From NCBI GenBank assembly GCA_963796275.1, contig CAWCKY010000006.1, positions 1,632,001 through 1,696,000 on the forward strand: a stretch of DNA of 64,000 nt, read 5' to 3'. A model generated the notes under the pieces. The model searched no databases, had not been told where the DNA came from, and worked only from the letters and a program-made list of their open reading frames with translations. Shown here one piece after another: positions 30,907 through 41,101 of this stretch. The first letter of the stretch is position 1. Each line of letters opens with the position of its first letter. The translations under genes were made by a program, and so were the position numbers. This DNA comes from an uncultured Acidobacteriota bacterium (GTDB lineage: Bacteria > Acidobacteriota > Blastocatellia > RBC074).

Positions 30907-33163
30907 ATGCTACGGATCGACACAGAATTAACGAAGCATTTCAAAAGCCTGGGCTTTTTAGTTTGTTTCGCTATTTTCGTTTGTTTCGTCTTCTCTCTTC
31001 AACCTGCTATCACCTCGCAATCCGACAAGGATATCGAGAGAAAGACTGACGTCCTTCTGGGGCAGATGACGCTCGAAGAGAAGCTCGGCCAGCTTCAGCA
31101 GCTCGACGGCCACGCCGATGGCCGTTACCGCGAAGAGCACGTCGAACTTATCCGCAAGGGGCAGCTGGGCTCGACGCTTAACGTCCGCGGAGGGGCGCGC
31201 ACCAATGAACTGCAGCGGATCGCGATGGAAAGATCGCGGCTGAAAATCCCGGTACTATTCGCCTTCGACGTTATTCACGGATACCGCACGGTTTTTCCCG
31301 TCCCTCTCGGTGTCGCATCGAGCTGGGACCCCGCCGCCGCCGAACGGGCAGCGAGCATTGCCGCCGTCGAATCGGCCGCGGCCGGCGTTCGATGGACCTT
31401 TGCACCGATGGTGGATATCGCGCGCGATCCGCGATGGGGCCGCATCGTCGAGGGTGCGGGAGAGGATCCATACCTCGGCTCAGCCATGTCCGCGGGCCGG
31501 CGTGCTCGGTTTCCAGGGGAGGGATTACAGCGCGCCGGATAAGGTCGTGGCGTGCGCAAAGCATTGGGTCGGTTATGGCGCAGCCGAAGGCGGGCGCGAT
31601 TACAACACGACCGATATCCCGGAAAATACGTTGCGCAACGTTTATTTCCCGCCGTTCAAAGCGGCCGTAGATGCGGGCGTCGGAACTTTCATGAGCGCAT
31701 TTAACGATTTGAACGGGATCCCCACATCGGCCAACCCGTTCACGCTCACCCGAATCCTGCGAGGTGAATGGAAGTTCGACGGCTTCGTGGTCAGCGATTA
31801 TGAATCGGTTCGCGAACTGCTCAATCACGGGATTGCTGCCAATGAGGCGGAAGCGGCCCGCCTCGCCCTCACCGCCGGCGTCGAGATGGAGATGGTCAGC
31901 CGTCTTTACAACAAGCATCTGCCTTTGTCGGTAAAAGAAGGCAAAGTATCAATGGCGGTGATCGACGAGGCGGTGCGGCGCGTCCTGCGCATCAAATTGC
32001 GCTTGGGGCTTTTTGAAAAACCATACACGGACGAGGCCCGCGAGAAGACGCTCCTTCTTAGCCGTGAACATGCGGCGGCCGCGCGCGAGATTGCGGCGCG
32101 TTCGATCGTGCTCTTAAAGAATGAGCGCGATCTTTTACCGCTCGACCAAGGAATCAAATCGATCGCCGTGATCGGCCCGCTCGCCGATAACCAGGTGGAT
32201 ATGATGGGATCGTGGACGGGTGACGGGAGGAGTGAAGACGTGGTGACGCTGCTCGCGGGGATCAAGGCTAGGGTATCGCCTTCGACTAAGATCAATTACG
32301 TCAAAGGATGCGAGATCGACGGGGAGGCCACAGATGGCATCGCCGAGGCGGTGAAAAGCGCGCGCGCATCCGATGTCGCGATTATTGCCGTCGGAGAATC
32401 GGCTGGGATGAGCGGGGAGGCGGCCTCGCGGACCTCGCTCGATCTGCCCGGGCGCCAGTTGGAACTGATCAAAGCGGTGCAAGCGACTGGCAAGCCAGTC
32501 GTGGTCGTGCTGATGAACGGACGGCCGCTGGCAATAGAATGGATCGCCGGGAACGTCCCGGCAATCCTGGAGACGTGGTTTGCGGGAACGCAGGGCGGCA
32601 ATGCAATTGCAGATGTGTTGTTCGGCGATGTCAATCCGGGCGGCAAACTGCCCGTGACCTTTCCCCGCAATGTCGGGCAGGTGCCGATCTATTACAATCA
32701 CAAGCAGACGGGGAGACCGCCGGATGCTAAGAACAAATACACTTCGAAGTATCTCGATGCGCCCTGGACGCCGCTCTTCCCGTTCGGTTATGGACTGAGC
32801 TATACGCAGTTCAAATTGACAGATCTTCGACTGAGCGCTGAGCGCACTACGCCGGCCGGCAGTTTGACCGTGAGCGTAGAGCTTGAGAATATCGGCAAGC
32901 GCGCGGGAGACGAGGTGGTGCAGCTTTATATTCGCGATCTCGCTGCGAGCGTGACCAGGCCCGTCAAAGAATTGAAGGGGTTTCAACGCATCACGCTGCG
33001 CAGCGGAGAGAAGCGGCGCGTTGAATTTACCCTTAGTGCGGAACACCTCGGCTTCTGGAATCGGGAGAACAAGTTTGCCGTGGAGCCGGGGATGTTCAAG
33101 GTGATGGTCGGCAGTAACTCGGTCGATTTGCTCGAGGCTAACTTTGAGGTTGTCGAGAAGTAG
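30907..33163 (+). CDS. bglX: GH3 beta-glucosidase (BglX-like); apparent frameshift near 31490
   Basis: MTLEEKLGQL, DVIHG, RDPRWGR in the first frame. KHWVGY, FVVSDY, SGEAASR and a fibronectin-like C-terminus in the second frame. GAGGAG RBS. Confidence 0.9.
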
Positions 33164-33203
33164 AAGTATCTTGCCCCCTATCATTTATACCACCAACGTT
33201 AAT

Positions 33204-34536
33204 ATGCAATATATAACAAAGATCGCTTATCTCACCGCGACCATCGTTATCAGCCTGCTCCTTCGGGTCAACGTAACCCCGCAACAACGGTCTCCGCTTT
33301 CAGCAAGTGACCACGCATTTCTGGAAGATCTGTCGCATCGCTCGTTCCGATATTTCTGGGAGCAGGCAGTATCCCAAAACCGGCCTCGTACGCGATCGCT
33401 CGCGGGTCGACGGTTCTCCCTCGAGCGAAAATCATAGGAATGTCGCCAGCATAGCCGCAACCGGATTCGGGCTCACAGGGTTGTGCATTGCCGCCGAGCG
33501 CAAATGGATCAAACCGGAAGAGGCGCGCGAGCGCGTGCGCGCAACCTTGCGTTTCTTCGCCGATACTGCGACACACAAAGAGGGATGGTTTTACCATTGG
33601 ATGGATTGGCGTACAGGTGAACGGGTCTGGCGGAGCGAAATATCTTCCATCGACACCACTCTTCTGCTCGGGGGAGTACTGACGGCTCGCAGTTATTTTC
33701 GCGGCGACGCCGAGATCGTCCGCCTGGCGACGGAAATCTACGACCGGATTAATTTCCGATGGATGCTGAACTCCCACCCGCAGCTTCTCTCGCACGGCTG
33801 GAGACCGGAGGAAGGGTTTATCACGCATAGGTGGGCGGATTACAGTGAAAATGCCATGCTATACCTGCTAGCAATCGGCGCGCCAAATAACAATATAGCG
33901 CCGGAATCCTGGTATGCCTGGAAACGAAGCTGGATTAACTATGGTAAGTACAAATTTCTCAGCGGGGGAGCCCCCCTCTTTATTCATCAATACTCGCACG
34001 CCTGGGTCGATTTTCGCGGATTAAGGGAAAACAGACCCCCTCACGTCGACTATTTCGCCAATTCGATAGACGCAACCTATGCCCACCGCGCATTCTGCAT
34101 CGACCTCGCTCAGGAGTTTCCCGGTTATTCCTCGAATATCTGGGGCATCACGGCATCTGACAGCGCCAAAGGGTACATCGCATGGGGTGGTCCGCCGCGC
34201 CACGAGAGTATTGATGGCAGTGTTGTGCCTTGCGCAGCCGGCGGCTCACTAATGTTTACCCCGGAGATCGCGCTTCCAGCGCTGCGCGCGATGCGCGAAA
34301 AGTTCGGCGAAAAAATATATGGCCGTTACGGTTTCACCGATGCATTCAATCCTAATACCGGGTGGATTAATCCGGATGTGATCGGAATCGATGTTGGCAT
34401 CACACTCCTCAGCGCCGAGAATTTACGAACCTCGAATGTCTGGAAATGGTTTATGCGGAATAAAGAGATCGGTCGCGCCATGAATTTGGTCGGACTGGTT
34501 CCCGCTAAATCGACCAGCATAAAGAAACGAGATTGA
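33204..34536 (+). CDS. Glucoamylase-like family protein, probable GH144 endo-beta-1,2-glucanase; apparent +1 frameshift at 33370
   Basis: Deleting T33370 gives SFRYFWEQADPKTGLVRDR, followed by SIAATGFGL, SEISSIDT, PLFIHQYSH, WGITASD, YGFTDAFN, IGIDVG. Confidence 0.8.
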
Positions 34537-34691
34537 TAATCGACAGCCCTGCCACTTTAATAACAATCAATTCTCAATTCACAATTTTCAATCCTCTTCG
34601 TAAGTGTTGAGGTAATTGTCACTCAGCCGTGACCGTAAGTCCCTCAAATCGACACAATTTGAGTGATTCCTGTTTCCCCTTTTTTCATCAG

Positions 34692-34739
34692 TGTAACCGT
34701 AAAAATAACAGTTATTGTAACCGTAATGATAACAGTAAG
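34692..34739. promoter_or_regulatory. Four 12-bp-period direct repeats (core TAACMGTWA), putative regulator binding array
   Basis: TGTAACCGTAAA AATAACAGTTAT TGTAACCGTAAT GATAACAGTAAG upstream of the wHTH regulator. Confidence 0.55.
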
Positions 34740-35042
34740 ACGATTGACTCCGAGGCAGGGTTCAGGTTAGTTAACGTCAGATGACGTAATAGGAGAAACA
34801 AACGGTCTAGTAACTTTGAACTTGAAATACCCAGGCATTACTTTCAAGTCAACGAATCTTCTAATTAGTGACTAGTCCTCATTAATCTGTAATTTGTATC
34901 TTCAGGAGCCTCACTTCAAGGTGGGATGGGAAAATGCGTGACTAAGGTGGTTTCCGATTCTTCGGGGGCAATTTCATATTATTTGATTGAAATTGTTCTT
35001 TACATCTTTGTGCCCGCAATAAAGAAGTAAATATAAGCTGGA

Positions 35043-36414
35043 GTGATGTTTATGATTACAGAACTAGGCAAAAGGTGTAAATCCAGCCGCGCCTTACAAA
35101 TCAAAACCTCTCAGGTTCCAACACATGCCGAAATCCGTCAGGCGATGGATCGCCTTCTCAGCAACAAGCGATTCGCCAACGCGCCAATGAAGCGAAGATT
35201 CATACAGTTAATCTGCAAAGCTTACCTCGACGGACGAGCGGAGGAGCTCAATGAATATATGATCGGTTGCGAGGTGTTCGGCCGCGATAATAGTTATAGC
35301 CCCGCTCTCGACCCCATCGTGCGCGTGGGGGCTCACGAGCTGCGTAAAAAACTCGAGAGTTATTATAAGGATGAGGGGAAAAATGATGAAATTCTGCTCG
35401 ATGTTCCGGTTGGAAGCTATATACCGGTTTTCACCCGGCGGGCACAAACACCGGAGATGGCTGAGATTCCGAAAATCGACCCGCCATATCCTATCCCTAT
35501 CAATGACAGCAATAAACTCAGGCAGATAATTATTAGAATTGGATTGTGCGTTTTGGTATCGGCGATGATGATACTTGTCTATTTCAACTGGCAGCTACGC
35601 CAGCAGATAAAGAAAGAAGCCGCCCATAAGAAAGCGACGGAGGTCTATAGCAAGTATCTGGGGCGGATTACTCAAAGAGGCGAATCCTGCCTTACTGGTT
35701 TTGAGTAATCCTCCGGTATATCGTTTTGGTAAAACGGCAGATCGGTTAGCGGGACCTTACGCCGATTTAACCGAAGCAGAATCAAAAGTAATGGAAGAGA
35801 TATTTATGCGTGAGAGGCTGGTTATCAAGAACTGGACTTCGCATCGGCTTATGCTCTCCTATGACGAGCATACGAGCATCGGGGAGACCATCGGGCTTTT
35901 CCGGATCGCCAGCATGTTCAACAAGATGGGGAAAAATTTAGTCCTCAAACAGAGCCGGACGGTGAGTGCCGAAGACCTGAAGAACCATGATTCGATACTA
36001 CTGGGAAGCGGCTGGGTGAATGAATGGCAGGAATCGATGCCGGTAAGGAAATGTTTCACTTCCGGCGCCGGCGCGGCCATAATCAATCATAACCTTCCTC
36101 CAGGGCAGAAACAAAAATACGCTGCAAGGTATGATGAAGAGACCGGGCGGCTGATTGAGGATTACGCAGTGATCACCGTCAAACCCGGCATCTCTGAGAG
36201 AAAAACATTGATCGTGCTGGCCGGTATGCACAGCGCAGGAACTCAGGCGGCGGCAGAGTACTTAACAGATGAAGAATATCTGGCTGACCTCAACAGGCGG
36301 TTACTCGCATTAAGTGACACTTTCCCGCGGTACTTTCAAGTATTGCTCAGAGTCTCCGTTGACAACGGAACACCAACCAAAATCTCGGTAGAGAAAGTCC
36401 GAGAATTCAATTGA
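35043..36414 (+). CDS. Membrane-anchored winged-helix regulator with extracytoplasmic domain; apparent +1 frameshift at 35655
   Basis: LNEYMIGCEVFGR...DPIVRVGAHELRKKLESYY...VGSYIPVF, then one TM helix. Deleting T35655 gives YSKIWGGLLKEANPALLVLSNPP, in frame with ORF 35701..36414. Confidence 0.72.
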
Positions 36415-36499
36415 ACACTACATATCACCGCAGAAATACAATCTGACCAACATTATTGAGCTTCAGGCAATCGGTTTAACAATGATTGTCTGCATCGAT

Positions 36500-36872
36500 T
36501 CCGCTTCATCGCGACGCTATGGCTGTAACCCGGCGTTTCAACGCCTTGTTATGCCCAAACTTTCGCACCCGGACCAGGCACAATGAAAGGAAGATTTCGT
36601 ACTTCAGAACTCCATCCAGCATCCCTGCCGGGTGCGATGTGAGCACTCACAGCTACCGGTGGTTCCGCTGCGCTTCACCACCGGCTAATTTCTACCGCCC
36701 TTACCAGGGCGAAAGGCGGTGATCGCGAATCGCAAAGATTGGGTAATGACAAGGGGTTGAAACCCACGGCTACATACATGCCGTCGCTATGCGACGATGG
36801 ATGCCAGTGCGGGGTTGAAACGCCGGATTAGACTCATCCTGCCGCTACGCGGCAATTCGGCATGGGCGTTAA
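36500..36872. repeat. Cluster of REP-like palindromes
   Basis: CCCGGCGTTTCAACGCC, CCGGTGG...CCACCGGCTA, GGGTTGAAACCC, GTCGCTATGCGAC, GCCGCTACGCGGC. Confidence 0.65.
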
Positions 36873-37330
36873 ACGACCAAACCGAATGTCAATAAACAGG
36901 TGACTGTATTCTGGAGAAGATGTTGTCTACTCTCAACTTCATTCTTTGCTGTGTCAGTTGGCTTAATTTTGCGTTTCATTCGGTTACATTCCTATATAAC
37001 GAGTTATATAACGGTTATCTCGGGCCTATTACCTGTCTCATTACGTGCTATTCATATTCAATTCCGAGGCGGACCATAACGGTAATGTAACCGTAATTGG
37101 GTTGATAGTCGGAATTTCTGTGGTAGGTTGGCTTTCGATAAGAAAGATTGCTTGAGCTACTTTCGCTGAAGCTACTTTCGGTTGAGTCCTCAAAATTAGT
37201 AACAGTTTTTACAGACGATGCGCATTTTTGAATGTGATCAGCATATCTCTGTCCATGTACGGGTTCACCTGCACGGACTCGGCAATATCTTGTCAAACCT
37301 TTGACATAACCATACATATAGGAGAGCTCA

Positions 37331-39229
37331 ATGTCAAAAAGACGAAAAAAAAGCAGAAGCAAGAACCAAGACTCCGGGATTACCAGAAGGGAAATGATTA
37401 AACTTGGGTCAGCAGCTGGTGCGGCGACCATTTTAGCCCCAATGGTATTAACATCGAAGAAGTCGACGCCCTTTTCGGTTCTGGCCCAGTCGCCGCCCGC
37501 TGAGCCGATATTATGCGGGGCGACGCCTCCTGCAAGTCCGGCGACCCATCCATTCGTCGATAACTTTACGGCGCCTTTTCCTGCAATACCGACCATTCTA
37601 AACCCCGCACCTAAGAAGCAGGCCAACTTAGCCGGGGGCGAAGCCCCCCGGGCCGATCATCAACGCTGGGAGCAGTTTTTGCCTGACATCCAATACGCTT
37701 TGACAGCGCAGGCAGGGACTCATAGATTCCATACTGACCTGCAGCCGTCTTACATTTGGGGATTTAACGGCAGATATCCCGCTCCGACGGTTCTTAATGC
37801 ATATGGCCACCCGACACTCGTGCGCTTCAGAAACAGCTTGCCGGCGGCCACCACGAGCTTTGGCAGAAGCGAGCTCACGGTCCACCTGCACAATGGACAT
37901 ACGGCGTCGGAGAGCGATGGCTTCGCCGGTGACTTCTTCGGGACGGGGCTGTTCAAGGACAACCATTATGCCAACGCCTATGCCGGCATCGATGCCTTCG
38001 GTGGAAACGGCGATCCGCGCGAAGCCATGCATACTTTCTGGTTTCACGACCACCGCGCTGCTTTCACGGCAAATAACAATTACCTGGGGCTCAATGGGAT
38101 GTATATCGCTTACGACAATAAAGACCCAGGACATGAGTTTCCCACCAATAGCTCGCTCCGGCTGCCTGGTTACTACGGCCTCACCGATTTTCCTATAATA
38201 CTTACCGATAAGAGATTTTGCGCTGCCGCAAACGGGCGCAACGAGATGTTTCAGGTGGTAGGGGCGGGCGCTCCCGGTGGAGACAAATGGGTTGTCAACG
38301 GCAAGATTCAACCCAAGCTCAATGTAACAAGGCGCAAGTATCGCTTCCGGATATTGAATACTGGGCCGGTGAAGACCTGGAACCTAAACGTCGTCAAGCC
38401 CGATGGATCAAACGCGAATATGATTGTCGTCGCCACCGATGCCAACTTCCTGGCTTCGCCTGCAACTGTGACGACCCTTCCGATATTCGTGGCCGAGCGT
38501 TATGACGTGATCATCGACTTCGCCCAGTTCCCGGTCGGCTCCAGAGTCTATATCAAGGAGGCAGCAGCGCAGAATGTCGGCTTTCCGTCGCCCGTACCGT
38601 TGCCGCCCGGTCTCCTTATCGAGAACGTCTTGATGCGGTTTGATGTGGTCTCTAACGCGATTATTCCCGATACGCCGCCGATACCGGCAACGCTGACCCA
38701 ATACCCTCCGATTGTAACTACTAAAAACTTTGAGTGGCAGTTCACATTGGTGAACGGAGTCTTCCTGATCAACGGCCTGCCGTTCGATGCGAACCGGGTC
38801 GATCACGTGGTTTTGAAGGGATCTGCAGAAGAATGGACTCTGAATAATGCCGCAGCCGTGGGTAATTGGACTCATCCGGTGCACATACACTTCGAGGAAG
38901 GAAGGATGCAGTCGCGCCAGATGAGAATCAGCACGCCTCCAGCTCCCGATGTATTCCAGAATATTCCGCTCACTCCGCTCGAGACGGGCAGAAAGGATGT
39001 CTACCCGCTCCTGCCGCAACACAAGGTGAGGCTCAAGATGTGGTTCAGAGACTTCGTCGGGCGGTATCTGATCCACTGCCATAACATGAACCATGAAGAT
39101 GACTTCATGATGGCGAGATGGGATATCGTCGATAACCTGGCCGAATACCGCAGGAAGAAGGAAGAGATCGCGCAAAGACGAAAAGAAGCTGGGCTGCCGG
39201 TCGTGCCGGAGAAGGAGGTGGCGGATTGA
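37331..39229 (+). CDS. Tat-exported multicopper oxidase (CotA/bilirubin oxidase-like)
   Basis: TRREMIK Tat motif. Copper motifs VHLH, WFHDH, HPVHIH and HCHNMNHEDDFMM. Confidence 0.93.
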   Translation: MSKRRKKSRSKNQDSGITRREMIKLGSAAGAATILAPMVLTSKKSTPFSVLAQSPPAEPILCGATPPASPATHPFVDNFTAPFPAIPTILNPAPKKQANLAGGEAPRADHQRWEQFLPDIQYALTAQAGTHRFHTDLQPSYIWGFNGRYPAPTVLNAYGHPTLVRFRNSLPAATTSFGRSELTVHLHNGHTASESDGFAGDFFGTGLFKDNHYANAYAGIDAFGGNGDPREAMHTFWFHDHRAAFTANNNYLGLNGMYIAYDNKDPGHEFPTNSSLRLPGYYGLTDFPIILTDKRFCAAANGRNEMFQVVGAGAPGGDKWVVNGKIQPKLNVTRRKYRFRILNTGPVKTWNLNVVKPDGSNANMIVVATDANFLASPATVTTLPIFVAERYDVIIDFAQFPVGSRVYIKEAAAQNVGFPSPVPLPPGLLIENVLMRFDVVSNAIIPDTPPIPATLTQYPPIVTTKNFEWQFTLVNGVFLINGLPFDANRVDHVVLKGSAEEWTLNNAAAVGNWTHPVHIHFEEGRMQSRQMRISTPPAPDVFQNIPLTPLETGRKDVYPLLPQHKVRLKMWFRDFVGRYLIHCHNMNHEDDFMMARWDIVDNLAEYRRKKEEIAQRRKEAGLPVVPEKEVAD

Positions 39230-39885
39230 TGAACAGGAGAGAATTGTTCAGTCACTTCGCGAGCGAGAAGCCATCCTTCGTGCCGCATCCGGCATCATTG
39301 GGGGCAGGGCATTTCACAAATGCTCTGCTCCGCACCCATGATGATAAGCAAGTCAAGTTCTACGATGACATGATCAGAGGCAAACAGGTGATAATCAATA
39401 TGATGTATGCCTCCTGCCAGGGCGCCTGCCCGGTTGTTACCTCGAAGCTGATCAAGGTCTACCGGGAGCTTAAAGATCGTATGGGAAATGACCTGTTCAT
39501 GTATTCAATCACCTTGAAACCTGAACAAGACGATCCGGCCGCGCTCAAGCAATTCGCGGAGATGCACCGCGCGTTGCTGCCAGGATGGACCTTCCTGACG
39601 GGCGATCCATATGACATCGAGACCATCCGTTACAGGCTCTTCCGATGGGACCACATAAAGCTTGACGCGGACATCGATTTTCATACGGGGATGCTTCGAA
39701 TAATCAACGACTCGACCAATTGCTGGACCATGGTTACACCCCACGCCAGCATGTTTACGGTACTACAGCACATCTCCTGGGCCAACCCGCAAAAGTCGCT
39801 CGAACAGAGGATCGAGGAGAATAAGGCGGTTCAGGAAAGAATAAACAAGGAAGTCGAGCTTTACGGGTATCGCAAAACGACTTAA
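39226..39885 (+). CDS. SCO1/SenC family copper chaperone
   Basis: CQGAC (CxxxC), ITLKPEQDDP, WTFLTG, conserved His in DFHTG. Start overlaps the oxidase stop. Confidence 0.9.
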   Translation: MMNRRELFSHFASEKPSFVPHPASLGAGHFTNALLRTHDDKQVKFYDDMIRGKQVIINMMYASCQGACPVVTSKLIKVYRELKDRMGNDLFMYSITLKPEQDDPAALKQFAEMHRALLPGWTFLTGDPYDIETIRYRLFRWDHIKLDADIDFHTGMLRIINDSTNCWTMVTPHASMFTVLQHISWANPQKSLEQRIEENKAVQERINKEVELYGYRKTT

Positions 39886-39895
39886 CGGCGCGGAT

Positions 39896-40000
39896 GCCAC
39901 AGAGGCACAGAGAGTGAGGAAGACAAGGAGATAAGGATAGAGAAAGGATATTTTTGAAAGTTCTTCTTTTCTATCCTCCGTGCCACTGTGCCTCTGTGGC
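39896..40000. repeat. Palindromic element with perfect 15-bp terminal inverted repeats
   Basis: GCCACAGAGGCACAG ... CTGTGCCTCTGTGGC. Related arms near 4688-4765 and 59640. Confidence 0.75.
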
Positions 40001-40029
40001 TATTCATAAACCATTCAAGGAGGGGCCAC

Positions 40030-40962
40030 ATGAAGCGGCGTGTTTTCATATATTCTCTCGTTTCTGTTTACCTGGCGGCGCACGGAACGGTATTCGGCCA
40101 GAAGGCTTGCGAGTTCGATATTCTTGGAACGTGGAAGACAGAGGGATACGATAGTGCTCACCCCATTCTTTATCGTTTCACGCCGGATGGTAAGGTCGCA
40201 TTACTCGCTCATTCCGGATCGGGAATGAGCGAGATTACCGGCGCAACCTATAAACTGGATAACTCCAAGAAGACAGTATCGATCACCACCACAGGGAATC
40301 TCAGCGGGTTTGAAAAGGGCAATACCACGTTGAAGATCACCGGGTATGATGAAAATTCATTCACCTGCGAAAAGCCCGGCTCAGGCGCAATGCGTTGGGT
40401 CAGGGAGGGCGCTCATCGTTATTTTCTCGTACTCGCCGGCCGCAGTGGAACTTTCTATGATCATAGCGGCCCCACCTTTCCAATGTTGATCAAGCTCGGC
40501 GGGAAGGAGCCTCAAATCGATGCAGTGGGCATTTATTCCGCAGACAACCATGGCGAATTCGGGAAGATCCCGGAGGAAACCTGCAAAGATTTTATGAATG
40601 AGCCGCATAAATCCTCGGAAGTGATGTTGCGGCTCGAGATGTCGGAAGCGGAGTATGAAAGAAGCCTGCATATCGTGCAGACCTGGGAGAGGCGAGCTCG
40701 GGAAGGCGCGCTGCTATACCCTAACGTGTACCTGGATAACATTCTGCTGGTTAAGCAGGTTACCGAGAGTCTCAATCACTGCAGCCAGAAGATCAAGCTA
40801 TACAACCTGGATTGGGGATTGCAAGACACTATCTCTGAACACAACGATCCTTCAATTACACCGTTCCTCTATTTCAAGGAACTACGGCGACTCAATGAAT
40901 CGCTGCACGTCCGAGATCAAAAGTTTAAGAAGTCGTTCGTGTCATTACGATCAACGCACTGA
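40030..40962 (+). CDS. Hypothetical secreted protein (paralog A)
   Basis: AGGAGG RBS, signal-like N-terminus, alignable along its length with 41102..42097. Confidence 0.8.
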   Translation: MKRRVFIYSLVSVYLAAHGTVFGQKACEFDILGTWKTEGYDSAHPILYRFTPDGKVALLAHSGSGMSEITGATYKLDNSKKTVSITTTGNLSGFEKGNTTLKITGYDENSFTCEKPGSGAMRWVREGAHRYFLVLAGRSGTFYDHSGPTFPMLIKLGGKEPQIDAVGIYSADNHGEFGKIPEETCKDFMNEPHKSSEVMLRLEMSEAEYERSLHIVQTWERRAREGALLYPNVYLDNILLVKQVTESLNHCSQKIKLYNLDWGLQDTISEHNDPSITPFLYFKELRRLNESLHVRDQKFKKSFVSLRSTH

Positions 40963-41101
40963 AGACGAATCTCCTGAGTCCTGAAAGGGCGCCAGCTAAT
41001 AGCCAGTGGTGGAGGGGAGCGAATCAGAGCCTCTGGGAACTGGCGCCCTTTAGGGGGATAGAATCGGACTTCGGCTCAAGAATTTTCTGAGGGATATATC
41101 G

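Noticed and set aside
31480-31510. bglX (and apbE ~51660) frameshifts as further RGATCY events
   Set aside because: Neither context contains GATC. Both lie in GC-rich or short-repeat tracts.
37048-37626. 192-aa minus-strand ORF
   Set aside because: It overlaps the oxidase start and its regulatory region and has no recognisable features.
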